From Octopus bimaculoides (taxonomy: Eukaryota), in assembly GCF_001194135.2 (NCBI RefSeq), contig NC_068982.1:27651640-27715639 (forward strand): 64,000 nt of DNA, read 5' to 3'. The translations under genes and the position numbers were made by a program. The notes below the pieces were generated by a model. It searched no databases and was not told the origin of the DNA. It was given only the letters and a program-made list of their open reading frames with translations. Below, in pieces: positions 21,896 to 35,751 of this stretch (position 1 is its first letter; every line of letters begins with the position of its first letter).

Positions 21896-22243
21896 AATAA
21901 AAAGATTATGCTGGAGAAAGTATTAGGGTGTTTTTTGTTTTGTTTTTTTTTTCCAATCAAAATTGCAAAAGAAAAGAAGTCAACTATTTGAAACTCTGCA
22001 TTGAACAGAGAGATGTTTTTCTATGCTGTTTGTAATAAGAATAATTAATATTATTATGATATTAATAAACCCACTTGAAATAGGGCTCCATTATCACCAT
22101 ACAAATTAAGAACCTTTCTTGTCTATTTTTAAACACCATTTGGAATTTAGTCTTGCATATCATACAGGACTTCCTTTTTATTAATTTGGCTTGGTTAACT
22201 TAAAAGATGCAAAGTACTGTTTTGTTAAAAAAAAAATAATAAA
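21896..22243 (+). terminator. Candidate WDTC1 polyadenylation signals
   Basis: AATAAA at 21896, 22064 and 22238 in a T-rich 3' UTR; which one is used is unknown. Confidence 0.3.
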
Positions 22244-22623
22244 TTATTGATGATATAATAAAAAGAATGGAGAATTGTAGCAATTTGTTAGAACATTTTT
22301 CTTTTATTTGTGGCAGGTGCCATGGTGAGGTGATAAATTTTCGGCAAATCGAAGCCACAGCCTGGTTTCAATTCCTACCCAGAACCATTTCATTTCTGAC
22401 ACTAATGCCTTTGGGGAGGGCATGAAGATCACAAATCCCATGTCATTTTCTCAAGTCTGAGGCATGCATCATGTCTGCTGAAAGAAAGATTTACATCCTA
22501 TGAAATATTAGTGGTGGAGCTGTTATGAAGTGGTATTCTTTCATCTCAGTGTTTCTACAAACATTTCTTTCATATTGGACTTGTGATATTTGAGCAAGAA
22601 TTTTTTTTTTTATGTAGTTATTT

Positions 22624-22835
22624 TTAACCCTTTAGCATTCGGATTACTGTCAAATGTAATGCTTATTTATTCACATTGTTTTGAATTAATCATGCATTAT
22701 CTTGTAGTTTTGATAATGTGATTATTTTTATAATAACATTGTAGTAGTGTATGTGTGAGAGGCTGCATCTGGCCAGTTTGAACTTAAAACAGGTAGAATA
22801 TGTAGGCCAGATATTACTGGTTTAAATGAATCAAA
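22624..22835. mobile_element. TTAA-flanked piggyBac-like MITE, decayed right end
   Basis: ttaa-ccctttagcatt start; a matching end fragment (aatactaaaaggttaa) lies near 1068-1085. Confidence 0.45.
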
Positions 22836-23299
22836 GTTTATGTTTAAGATAGAAGAGGTGAAATAGTTGAGCTGATCTATTGTATTAGTGGCATTAAAAA
22901 ATAAAACCATGATTTTTCTTTGAAAATATTAGTAAAAAAGAAAAGGGTTTTCTCTTTTTAAAAGAAGCCATTTATAAACAAGTTTCATTTTATTTTTTTA
23001 GAAGTTACTTAGTAACAGAAGGGCAGTACCTCTCATGAGCTTCACATATTCTGGCAAGATTGATGCTTAATTTGAACATGTCAGTTAACATCTGCCGGAA
23101 GAGAAAGATCAAGGGGGTGCCTTTTAGGAATGAAGGCTAGGTAAAATGTAGTGGAAGAAGGAGAGAGAGAGCAAGGGATATCGAGTGATCCAGGGTAGAT
23201 GTATTCAGTAAAGTAGAATCGTTTTTGATATTGGTTGAATAAGCAGAGAGAAAAAAATATCTGAGTGAATCTTTACAAATCACAATCAGCTTGATCTTT

Positions 23300-24340
23300 T
23301 GGCTGCAATCTACAATATGTTTGTTCTCCAGCAGCCATATTCCAATGAGGGCCTTGAATTTCTTTGCATTTTCAAATGACAAGAGCAGGCCTGATCTTTC
23401 AGGTTGCAGTTTGGCAGGCCAGCTCCTATTCAAACCGTCCAACTCATGCCAGCATAGAAAACAAACATTAAATGACAATGACATTGATTCTTAGAAGAGA
23501 ATGCACGGCTTAGAATTTCTAGTGAGTTTGAGAGGTTTTAATTTTGTTGTTTATCAAGTGGGTATATGATACAAAAATGTTTTCTTGCCTTAAGTAGGGA
23601 ATATTATTTGGAGTTTTACACTGACTTCCATTAAAGAATGTTTTCAAGGTTTCTGTTGAAGGCAGCAGCTCATATCTAGCATAAATTATCTAAATTGCAA
23701 TGGAAAGAGGCCTTTGTATGTGTACTTGGAAGGTTAATGAGTTAAGTGTGGTTCCATCTGCATAGGAGATGAAGTAAGAAGTGACAGAGAAAGCATTAAT
23801 GTATAGCAAGGAGTGTAAAAGATATAACTGACCCTGGGGTACATCAGAATTTTTAGTGTTAGTAATCTCTTGAGAACACACAATCTATCCAAGGTATGAG
23901 AGATGAAATTTTGAAGTTCCTACTTGTAAAGACTCCAGACCATTCATTGACTGGAAAATCAGTGTTGTACCTGTAGTCTAAAAAGCCAGTAGCTTAAGTA
24001 GAAATTTCTCAACATTATAAATATAGTTGAATATTTCCTGTCAAAAGCAACAGCATTCTTCTCACTGAAGTTCTTTTGTTTAGTCTCGAGGTAAAAGCAA
24101 GATGGGTAGCAGATGTGGCTTTATCAACACAAATGTTATTTACTCCCATATTAGTCCTAGAGTGGTTTGACTGCTACATAATTAGTGGCCTTACAAATCT
24201 TTACAATTGTTTACTTTGATCAAAGGAGAGTTGCAATTTCGATGAAAGATTAGGTAAAGTGTCCAGATAGGTTGACAAAAGCCTTGTGCTGGTTTGGGTC
24301 AAGGTGGTATGAAGTGGCAACAGAAAGAAAAAAATGTTTC
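23300..24340 (-). mobile_element. Old LINE (CR1/L2/Jockey-like) reverse transcriptase remnant
   Basis: ORF 23690..23881 has degenerate VPQG...LLYIN...YAD motifs; boundaries approximate. Confidence 0.55.
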
Positions 24341-25690
24341 AGTACCAATGAGCAACATATTGCTTAAGCAAAGTTCTTTTCTTTTTGGGTGTGGAGCACT
24401 TTTTGGTCTTGAAACAAAATATTCATTGTAAAAGAACTTAGAATACTTCCAAAATGAGGAACTTCCATAAGGTCATCAAAAATCATATTTAGTGTTTATA
24501 CATGTTTCATTTTGTATTATATATAACTAGACTGTTTTAAAAATTAATTTTCAGGTCCTCATAACACACTATTTTGTTGTTAGTGAAAAACATATTGAGG
24601 TGGCAAGAGGATAAAAGTGATGTCAGAATATGAGAGTATAGAAGTATTATTAATCTAAAAGTGGAGCTGAAAGTAATGCAGAAAAGATTAGCGAGATTAT
24701 TCCTTTTTTCTTATGTTGGCTTTATTAGTGAAGTTTCATGTATCCATAATTTTTCTATCTCTATCGGCTTAAAAAAGAAAACAAGCAGTAAAAAAAAGCA
24801 GATTGTTTCTCTCACTACTGAAGTTAAATCAAATGTAACGCAATTGTTTAAATGGTTTGTCTAAAACAACAGGATAAACTATCCCCTAAAAGATTGGTAC
24901 AATAACTTCCTGTCAAAGGCAATCGTTATTTTTGAAAGTAGAGAGAGGTCATGGTCAGAGAAAAAAAAGCCATGAACATGCATTACTTGATTTTCAATGA
25001 ACACTTTGTTGATTAATAAAAGTACATTGAAATTGCTTTAGAGAAATTATTTTTTTCTATATAGAAAAACAATTTTGATTTATAACTAGCAGTAAAACAA
25101 GTTGATGGAACCTTGTGTAAATTTGATAGGAAAAGTAATTTCATTATAATAACTTTTACATGTACTTTCAAAGCAAGTCTAAAACTTTTCCTGATATTAT
25201 TTGAAATGGAAGAGTTATAAACAGAAAAATATAAATATTGTATACATCAATAGGGAGATTGGAAATAGGAAAATGTTTTGTATGGATAAAAAAATTGCAT
25301 ATAAGTTAGAAAAAGAAAAAAATCTTTTTAATGAGACAATGAGAATAAAATTATGCAAAATGAATTTTATCATGAATGAATAGATAAGTACAGTCAAATG
25401 AAAATCATCCAAATGGTCTGTGAAGTGACTGGCTTTTAAACAAAAAATAACATGATACTAATAATTAGAACTATGTAGGAATATCCAGTGAGTTCTCATT
25501 AAATGGTTCCAATTTATTTGAAGTCCATAATCATTTCTCATTTTTTTTTTAAGAGGAAATGTTCAATATATATATATTTTTTGTAATTATTTATTTATAT
25601 TAATAAGAAAATTAGTGAAAGGACTTGACCAAACATCCATCCACCATAACTCTTGTCTGTTGCAGTCTTAAGTTCTTAAAAGAACAGCTT

Positions 25691-25802
25691 TCATCTTGAA
25701 GAACTAGAGCTAGAGCGACTATACCGCCGTCGCCTAGCAGGAGATCTGGACCGAGTGCGCCGTCTTGGAGGAGAACGTCGTCTTGGAGGCGGGGGAGGAG
25801 AC
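25691..25802 (-). CDS. RNPS1: RNPS1 last coding exon
   Basis: gatttcag acceptor; SPPPPPRRRSPPRRRTRSRSPARRRRYSRSSSSSSR TGA. Confidence 0.92.
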
Positions 25803-28800
25803 CTGAAATCAGACATTGAGTATATTCAAACAGATATATATATGCCTATTAATGCTAAGATGATAGTTTCGATATACATCCACTCAATTTGCTGGAGAGC
25901 AAAATCTACCTCTTGCAAGTGGCCATTTATAATTATAAAAATAGTGAACAAGTAAAAGACATTTACAGTTTCTAGTCTTATTCACTTTTGCATGTTTCCT
26001 TTTATTTTTTTAGTGCAAATATTGAAAAAACAATCAATTTACAACAAAAGGCTTTGCCTTGGGTATCGTTGCAGCTCCACTTAGTTAACTTTAATCAGTG
26101 TACAAGTAAAACTGATCACTCTCAGAAACTGATGTGTATCACCGAATTGAAACTAATTTGATTATCTGGTCTTTTAAAGTATTACATTTTATACTTGAAC
26201 ATCTAACCAGCATATAAAAGAGGCATTGTAAATTTGCCAATATATTTCTGGCCAAACTAAAAAAGATACTGAAACAAGTTTCTGATTTTAAATTTCATAT
26301 TAAAACAAAAGGCTCAAAATAATTTGCCCAATGACTAATCCTCAAGCTAACATACCAGAAATTAAAAAAACAGTGCAAAGAGCAATATCTTAATAATACC
26401 AGTTATTTCTTTCCCTGGTATCTTTTTCCCCACTTCAAGTCTTTCACACAATTTTTTTTTTTATTATCAACTTGATATCCATTTTTCCATGCTTGCATGG
26501 GTGAAATGGCTCTTTTGTAGGAGCAATTGTCTTTACAGATGGATGCCTTTCCTACTATTAATCACTCAACTATGAAATAAAAGTGGAACACAAATTTGGG
26601 GCTTTATAATTCCTAGAGAGAACATGCAAGTCTAACGACCAAAGGATTGCAATTATAACCTAGTTGAGTCGCATTTAGCTTCGGTGCTGTTAGATGTTGG
26701 TAAGTATTTCTATTATATTTCAATACTATATTAGAATTTTAATCAATTGCTCTTTTGTTAGAGTACAGAAAGTTAGGACTGAACCTGGATAGCTGTGTCT
26801 GCTGTCTGATGTTGGCCATCTTCCAGCTTGGTTGAAATCGGCTTGATTTGAAGTTGTTTGTTAAAACCTTAGCAAAGTCTTTTCTGGAAGTAGGAAGTAT
26901 AGTAACAGAAAGTTAAGAGGTTAGCTAGATGATGCAGTCAACAGGACACCAATGTGTTCAAGACAGTGATAACAGTAAGGCTTCCCTGCACTTTCTCAAG
27001 TACTTTTCGAGTGCATTGAATTTCAAGCATTTGCAGTATATCAGCCACCACTTTTAACACTGTACACAACACATCAATAATAATTTAACCACTACGGAAT
27101 TCAACGGGTAGGTATTCCTCTAGACATGTTAAGCACCAACATGCCTAACTGGCTGCATAAGAGGCCAATACTGAGAAAGCATAGACATTTAAAAACAAGT
27201 TCTGTTGACATAATTTTAGTGATATTCAAGCATGATGACCAGTCAGTTGCAATGGAGCCAGCTAAACCCGACCTGACTAATGAAACCTAAGTGAAGATAC
27301 CAAGGGGAGAAAGAAAAATATGGTCTATAGAATAAAGTGTAAAAAATACAAACCTGCGCCTATCTCTGAATCTCGGAGGAGATGGACGCCATCGTGGAGG
27401 TAGTCTACGTATAGGACTACGACGAGGGATCACTCTAGTAGGTCTAGGTGCAAGTACAGCAGCTGCTGTAATTTCTTGGCCATCAATTTGAGCTAAAAAC
27501 AGAAATAGAAACAAAATCATTATTAAGAAAACACAATTTCAATCAAATAAATTAGTAGCTGACATTTCTTAGTTTATATAAGTTTAAAAATGCTTAACAT
27601 CCACTTTTCCATGCTTTTATAGGCAAGACAGAATTCTTTGAGGCAGATTTCCTATGGCCACGCATGTTTTAGTATTATTCTTCATATTACTAATATCAAT
27701 TCAACTCTAAACTTGTAGTAATATTGATAATATAATTAATCTGAATTTGCACTTAATTTCGTTTAAAAATAGTTAAGATGGGACTACAGTTTGAAGTGTC
27801 AGATGTTTCTCAACAACTGATTGTAATGAAATCCTGTACTGGTGACTGTGATTGGTTAAAATGCTTCTTTTAATAAGTGCTGTCAATGTGTTACTGCAGT
27901 CATCAAACCATCACACCTAAGCCCCATATTGATTGGTCAAAATAGTGTTCATAAGCTTCAACCAGGTGGAGCCTAGCAAAAAGTATTTAAAGGAAAAAAT
28001 TCAATCATTTCACTTCGGTTATCAAATGTGAACATTAGTTGTTTGTTAATCTACTACATAAACATTTACCTGAAGATTGTTACGAAATATGTAAGCACCT
28101 GTAATATGCAATATTGAAAAAATTGTAAAAGTACGAAACATGTGATAATCAAACTATGTTGGAATTTGATTGACAAATATATTTATAAGCAACTTCATAA
28201 ACCCTGAATGACAAATAGACATATAATTCAGGGTTTGTAAAATTGTGTGTATATATATATATATATATATATCAAGCTGAGTAAAAAGTAAGCAATGGTT
28301 TCAAACATGAAATTCATCACAATTTCAACAATGCAGAAATTTTATTCCTCAAAGTAAGTTCCATTACACTCAACACATTTTTGCCAACGAGTTACAGGTT
28401 TGTTTATTCCGGTGACATAAAAATCTAGAATTCTGGAGTGGATGAACTCTCTGAACGTACTTTCAGCATCGGTTTGATTTTTGAACTCCTTCTCTCGCAG
28501 GAAACCATCAAGGTGCTTGAAAAAGTGATAGTCAGCAGGAGAAAGGTCTTGGGAATAAGCTGGGTGGGGAAGAACTTCATAGCCAAGTTCCCTCAACTTC
28601 TGGAGCATCATTAGTGAAACATGTGGTTGAGCATTGTCATGAACAATGATTGGCCCTCTTCTGTTGACCAGTCTGGGATGGAAGAGTAGCAGTTTTTCGT
28701 TCATTTTAGCAATTTCATGGCAATATGTTTCTGCAGTAATGGTTTTAAAAGGTTTTAAGAAGTTATAGTAGATGAGTCCAGCAGTACACCACCAAACAGT

Positions 28801-31800
28801 CACCATAACCTTTGAAGAGCTCTGGTTTAGGGAAGGTTTTCGGTGCTTCATTTTGGTCCAACCACTGCAAAGAACATTTTTTATTATTGTATAGAATCCA
28901 CTTTTCATTGCAAGTTACAATACAGTTGGATTGATCTGGTTACAGAGAAGAAGCGACAAGCAAATTTCATATCTGTGCATTATCTAATTTTCATTGAAAT
29001 CATGTAGTACCCATTTGTCGAGCTTTTTTGATTTTCCGATTGCATGCAAATGGTTACAGGCAGTTTTTTTGCTAACCTGAAGTTCTTTTGCCAGTTCTCA
29101 AGTGGTTTTACGTGGATATTTCTCAATGATGGTCTTTAATTGACCGTCATTGATGACAGATGGGCATCCATTATGCTTTCCAAGGCTCAGGTTTCCACTG
29201 CGAAATCATTTAAACCATTTTTGAGCTGACCACTCACTGGTCATTTCCTCACCAAACGTTTTGTTAATATCGCAGTTACAGCTACTTTACGTCCTTTTTT
29301 GAAGGAATATTGCACTTTGACAGTTCCATTTCAGATGATTGTAACAATGATGAAAAAATGTCAATGTTAATTTATTGATGTATTTGGGCAAGTCTATGTT
29401 TGTATTATCAGACAATTGCAAAAGAATGTTTAAAAAATATCCAAAATTTTGCAAAATTCCAGTACAAATTCTTCATGGTTCCAAACGTTGTTTACTTTTT
29501 ACTCAACCTGATATATAATGGGTTTCTTTCAGTTTCTGCTTATCCATTCACAAGGCTTCGGTTGGCCAAGGTGATGCACAATGGGACTGAAACTAAAACC
29601 ACATGTCATCAGAATTAAAAGAAATGACTACAGAAATTATTGAAACTTTACTAACTCAAATAGTAATATAAGTGTCTTATAACAGTGAAATCCTGCACCT
29701 CTGGGTAAGCAAGAACAAGTGGAGTAGACCTATAAAAGAACACTCAATACATACCACCATCCATGTACTTAATGGCTTTTTCTGCTTCAGCTGCATTTTC
29801 ATATTCAACATATGCAAAACCACGAGAAAAATTTGGATGAATCCGATCTGTAGGCATCTCTATATGTCTTATACTACCATATACAGAGAAAATTTCCATA
29901 ATATGATCCTTGGAGACATTACGAGTTAATTTGCCAATATGTACTTTAGCAGTTTTGGGAGTGGGGCTACGTTGTTTTTTCCTTCTTGGAGATCTGAAAG
30001 ATAAAATTAAAAGCACAAATGGGTGTTATATGATAGTCAAAGAGGTATTGAGTTCAAAGAACTAGCAATGTATTTCTACGTAAAAGTTTGAAGGACAAAT
30101 AAGTAAATAAATAAAGGATAAAGGAAAAATTATTTAAACAGCTCAAAATTTGGTAAGACTAATAAATTTTACAGTTACTTTTATTCTCTCATATATATAT
30201 ATATATATATAAGCAGATTCACATTTTTTTAACTTATATCTTGTAGGGTTTAACTACATTGTTTTTTTTATATCCTTGGCTTAAGTTTGTCTTTCATCTT
30301 TCTCCGATAACAGTACTATACTAATGTTGATTCATAACATACAAATCCATAGCCTTTTACCAATTTGGAAAATTAATAGATCAAAGATTCTGAAAAATAT
30401 ATTTTCATATATTTCATATACTTTAGAAGTAATAGAAAAGTTAGTCATGGAAATCCGTTAAAAATATTAAATCAAATTTACTTCAGAAACTAGCTATGAC
30501 ATTTTAGTTTTAAATAAATAACAACATAGAAATGTATCTATATAAAAGAAAATTATTTTAACATGCAGGGAAGACTATTGTTATGTGTTTATTAATCCCT
30601 TCTTACATTAGGAAATGAATTCAAACAGATAAGTTTAGTGCAGTTAATGTTTAAATTTGAATAGTTACAGGATACAAATTGGCAATTACACAAACACACA
30701 TACAGAAGTGTCTCAGAGAGATGTAGTGTTCATAGTGTTAGAAATTTAGTACATGGTAGTTCAGTAATCATTTTATATCATGCTATTATTAGCATTCTCA
30801 GAAGTAAATACTATTTTTCAAAATTTATCACACACACAAAGTTACCATATATATTATTCTAACTATAAACCAATATTATGAATAAGTTAAAGTGACATGA
30901 AGTGCTGAAATGCAATAAATATTATTTAAAAGTAATTATTTCCTAAGATATTAATTATTAACTACTGACAGATATAGTGTTGTAAACTAAATGAAAATCA
31001 TTCTTACAAAGATTTATGTCTGTTGCTGGCACCTCGTCCAACTGCTGAAGAACGACTATGTGAAGATCTGCTGGAACTTGAGCTAGAGGAACGAGAGGTG
31101 CTCACACTGCTGCTACTGCTGCTGCTGCTGCTGCCAGATGAACTCGATCCACTGGAAGATGATGATGAGCGTGACCTGCTACGAGATGAACTACTACTTC
31201 CACTGAAAAAGACACAAGCAAATGTTGTTATGATTATTATTACTATTAAATCATTGTTGTTGTTGTTACTATTATCATTATTAAGTTGGCAAGCTGGCAG
31301 AATTGTTAGCACACCAGACAAAATGCTTAGCAGTAGTTTGTCTGTCTTTATGTTCCGAGTTCAAATGCTACCCGAGTTGACTTGCTTTTCATCCTTTCAG
31401 GGTTGATAAAATAATAAATTGAATACTAGAGTTGAAGTAATTGATGTGTCCCATCCACCTAAATTGCTGGCCTTGTATCAAAATTTGAAATCACTATTAT
31501 TTGGTTTCAAATGCAGCCAAGGTCAACTTTGCCTCTCATCATTTCAGGGTCAATAATGTAAGTACCAGTTGACCACTGGGTCAATATAATTGACTAGCCC
31601 CTGCTCTCCCAAAATTTCAGGCCTTGTGCCTATAGTAGAAAGGATTATTACTATTATTATTACACCCATAGATGCAAGGGTGGCTGTGTGGCAAGAAGTT
31701 TGCTTCCCAACTACATAGTTCTGGGTTCAGTCCCACTGCATGGCACTTGGAGCAAGTGTCTTCTACTATAGCCTAGGGCCAACCAAAGCCTTGTGAGTGG

Positions 31801-31832
31801 ATTTAGTAGATGGAAACTGAGAGAAGCCCATC

Positions 31833-31868
<36 letters not shown>

Positions 31869-34800
31869 CTTTGTGTCTGCTCTCCACCATTGCCCGAGAA
31901 CTGGCTTGTTTAGGCCCCCAGCAAAAGAGACTGATAGAATAAGTATTAAGCTTTAAAAAAAGTATTGGGGTTGATTCATTCAACTAAATTTCAAAGTGGG
32001 GTCACAGCATGGCCACAGTCTATTGACTGAAACAAATAAAAGATACTCTCACTCTGTCTCTTGCATCTGAGAAGCTCAGCAAAAAAGGCTCAATACGTTT
32101 TAAACCACTTAAAATGATTATGCCAAATAAAAGTTTCAAAACTTTTGTCAGATATTGTCTACGGCATTCTACCCCCCACCCCCACCCCAAAAAAAAAAGA
32201 GTATTGAAAAGCTATCAGTGTCTCCTCTAATTAGGGGAAAAAAATCAACTGCCCATTTTTCTGTAGTCTGCATCATTTTTACTGTAAATGCCACCTCATG
32301 TAAAAGCATATTTTATAAATATCAACACAGGTAAAACTCATGCTGAAGGAGGCAGGAGTGGTAGGAAACAGTCAAAACAGCCATAAAGGCACAAGGGTTA
32401 TTATGCATGTCATCTGCTTAGAGAATGACAGTTTCAAAAGTGAAAACAATGCAGGTACTTTCAGTAAGATTTCCTACCAGTGCAACCAACAATTCCTTCA
32501 CTGGCATGATCTAGAAATAAAGGTGCTTTTGTAGCAATAAAGACAATACCAAAAGCAGTAACAATGGGGGAAGGACTCAAACCAGCATTACCAACATGTC
32601 TAGCAAGTGATAATAGTAACAACATTATGACAAGATCTACAAGCAGAAACAACATTGCCATTAGCACCACAGCCAGCGACTATTCCAATGTGGCTATAGG
32701 ACAGCTTTTTTTGCAGTTGCACCACGGCCAATAGAATATTCAAGAGTTATTAAGTGAAGCCAAGAAGCTGGAGATAATGAAGAATACTGTCTATGTCCTG
32801 ATCAAAGAAGGATAAATGAATTTCCTCTGATGTCTATAAGCTTTCTTTAGAGCCAGTTAGTGACTAGAATATCTTAAATGCACACTGGGATTGTGTGGGG
32901 TTAGCTAATAGGAGACAGCAAAATAAATCTCAGGAAACCTACTCAGACAGTTCCAACTAACAAGCACCAACAGAATTTCTCAAATTAACCAGTGTAGACA
33001 AGGAGTATCTGCACCAAGTCATTTAGGTTAGCAGATAGAAATATGAAGGGTGTCCACAATTTCAAACAATCTGTTATATTCACCACAGTTAATGGAAGCT
33101 GTGTCGTTCACAGAGAATAACCTCTTCAGTGGTCAGATTAGTTAAGTGGAATTTGACAGGGGTGATCGTCAACAACATGTGGTGGGGTACTCTCAAGAGG
33201 ATTAAAGTAGAATATATAACATTCAATAATGAACTAATTAATAGAGAGCAAGTGAGCAAATTAGAAAAGGGATTGTGACCAATGTGCTACCTACAAAAAT
33301 GATTTCCAGTGTTAAACACAATTGTATGACTAGGGCAAAGCATGCACACTAAAGAAACAAAAGCCTTTTGATGGGCCTGCAATGCAGCAACTAAACCACA
33401 ATTTGGTCTTTGACAGAGCAGAATGGGTGTGTACTGCTTGATTCTAAAAATATGTGCAGCTTTTCAATGGCTGTTCAAAAGCTTTTCAAAGGCTGTTCAA
33501 GACAAATAGTAGATGTAAGATATTGCAAAAAGCTGATAAGAGCAGTTGAGGCTTGAATGGTGCAGACAGTTGAGCAAGAACTGGTTTGGATGACCTGCTC
33601 TACAAGTAACATCAAGGTAGAAGTCTATCTCATCTGGCAGTAGAATGGGAGCATTCATTTTAGACACAGTGGGTGGTAGTGCTGCTCAAGAAGGAAATGA
33701 ATAAGGGGATGTTCTAGTTCATAACTCTACTGAATCCAGGTTTTTAATATTTAGGCCACTGGTTAGTAGGTATAGATACTCTTTCTCAAGCAGCTAGTTT
33801 GGGCACTTGTCAATTGGAAATATTATCAGGAGCTCACGGCCCTCTATATCAGCAATCTATAAAGAGAACTAGTGATGGCATTCTCAATTTAACTCTGGAT
33901 ATCAACAAAAATGAACTTGCTGATATCTTCAGAAATCCTTGACCTGGCAATAATACAATGGAATATTACCTGTTTGAGACAAAATCTAAATGCAAAATGA
34001 CAAAACCACACTTCAGTGTCAAAGTATTACTAATTCATGGAGTTTTCTTTAACAGCTGCCATTGCAAGTACGATAGATCCAAGTATCAGCTAAGCATTCA
34101 AGAAGATTGCCACACTATCACTTTTTGGTTGGGAAGGGCAAGCAGTGTCCTTCTATCTGGTGGCTATAGAGCAGGGGTGGGGAAACCCCCGCCTGTGGGT
34201 GCAATTGCACCCACAAACCCATTTTATTATGCCCACAGGCTGATATAGCCATATGTACAAAATATAGTAAACTTTTCAATCATAAAATTTATACAATATT
34301 CGTATGGCTATTTGTGACAGAGGTCGCATTTCCATTATGACTCAAAATGGTCAGACTCAAACAGAAATCATCCGATAATTGCCATTTGAATGGAAATTTT
34401 GTTTTCACTATGTAACACGTATTGCTAGGTTTGCACCACCTTCTTGAGACCCAACTACACTCTAGCTGAAAAATATAGAATACCTCATAGGTAACATAAA
34501 CCTCCTAAATTCAGTAGTAGTGTTAATGAAGATGTTACGCATTAATTTAATGTGTTAAACTTATCTACATTAATGTGTATCGAATTATATATAGATGTAT
34601 ACAAGAGTTACACAGATATAAGACTTAGAACTTGTGATCCACCCACGGACCTTTTTCTTAGGAAATTTATGCCCATTGCACTAAAAAGTTTCCCCCACCT
34701 ACTATAGAGTAATAAAACGTGGTGCCTCATCAACTTTTTTTGAGTTCCACAAATAGTTTTATATATTTTCAAAAAAATGTTATCAAAAGGAGAGAATATC

Positions 34801-35751
34801 GAGTATATATATATATAAATATACCTCATTCATTGAGATAAATATATACAGAATTGAGGATGGCTTGGTGTTATGTACCCTGCTTTTTTGCCAGCTGGTT
34901 TATATCTTAATGTCGTCACAAGCAGATATAGAAATCCTCTCAACCCTCCCATCTTTGATATGACAGCTGAAAGGAGAGTGAGTTACAACGGAACTCATTC
35001 AGTACTTGTTTTATCTAAGCAAACAAGAGCAATGTCAAATGAAGTACTCACTAAAGGACACATGCTGCTCAATCCAGGAATCAAACATAAGACCTAATGA
35101 TCAGGTGTTCAAATAATAATATATTCATAAGCTAAAAGGACTTTTGAATTACATACATATTTTAAAAGACACAACAAGTGAATTGAAGAATGATAAGTAT
35201 CAAGTGATCTAATAAATATTATCTGGAAAAATAAATACCTGTAAATTTAAATTACATAGAAGATCAGCAAACAGACAACCCTGAAGTTAGGATAATGACT
35301 AAAAAAGGATTAAATTTTAAACTAAAAATCCAACCCAGATTCTGAACAGAACAACCACAAAGAAAATATATCTGAAATGATTGGAATTTTTAAAAAATAT
35401 ATAAAACCTATACATGAAACAGTTATTGAAAAAAACCTCCTGGGCCAAAAGAGGTGAATGTCTATAATTTGGCAAAATGTTTAGTGGAATAATTTCACAA
35501 AAAAAGGAAAAAAAAAAAAATTCAAGCTAACTCACCTTGAACTTCCTGAGCTGCCACTACTACTCGTACTACTGGAAGAAACACTGCGTCTTTTTTTGTC
35601 ACGACCCCGCTCAGTCGTTGCAGCTGCCGTAGTACTCCCAGACCCACCACCACCTCCACCACCGCTGCCGCCACCACCACCTCCTCCTCCTCCTCCACTA
35701 GCATTACCACTGCTTGTCTTTTTCTTTTCTCTAGTTAATGTACTTCTTGTC
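25691..35751 (-). CDS. RNPS1: RNA-binding protein with serine-rich domain 1 (EJC/ASAP component); start exon unresolved
   Basis: Exons 35751-35536, 31202-31008, 29993-29755, 27492-27354, 25802-25691 join in frame: Ser-rich domain, RRM (KVHIGKLTRNVSKDHIMEIFS..QIDGQEITAAAVLAP), RS/P tail ending RSSSSSSR*. Confidence 0.95.
27354..27492 (-). CDS. RNPS1: RNPS1 exon (end of RRM, Arg/Pro-rich)
   Basis: gtttttag acceptor, gtttgt donor; phase 1-2. Confidence 0.9.
28272..29511 (-). mobile_element. Mariner (DD34D) transposon, full length, 5' half decayed
   Basis: 40-bp TIRs (32/40 identical), TA flanks; ORF 28342..28908 has HDNAQPH, HPAYSQDLSPADYHFF and WQKCVECNGTYF. Confidence 0.93.
29755..29993 (-). 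CDS. RNPS1: RNPS1 RRM exon
   Basis: ctttcag acceptor, gtatgt donor; RNP1 RGFAYVEY. Confidence 0.95.
31008..31202 (-). CDS. RNPS1: RNPS1 Ser-rich exon
   Basis: tttttcag acceptor, gtaaga donor; phase 2-2. Confidence 0.9.
31278..31660 (+). mobile_element. Two tandem tRNA-derived SINEs
   Basis: Same head, core and tail as other copies. Confidence 0.75.
31672..32040 (+). mobile_element. CORE-like SINE with internal (TG)n
   Basis: gggttcagtccc B-box-like, ggcacttggagcaagtgtcttctactatagcc core. Confidence 0.65.
35536..35751 (-). CDS. RNPS1: RNPS1 exon with poly-Gly tract
   Basis: cttgcag acceptor, gtgagt donor; phase 2-2. Confidence 0.88.

Noticed and set aside
26640-27280. GC-richer island in the last RNPS1 intron, with ATGATGA...CTGA (27232-27276) resembling C/D snoRNA boxes
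   Set aside because: The boxes are antisense to the host gene, only about 45 nt apart and lack a terminal stem; no convincing donor for an alternative exon.
31023-31406. 127-aa plus-strand Leu/Glu/Asp ORF
   Set aside because: Antisense reading of the RNPS1 Ser-rich exon plus SINE sequence.
32330-34170. Non-repetitive, moderately GC-rich block with short ORFs
   Set aside because: No motif or splice chain I could support; probably ancient TE debris and needs a Dfam/tblastn search.
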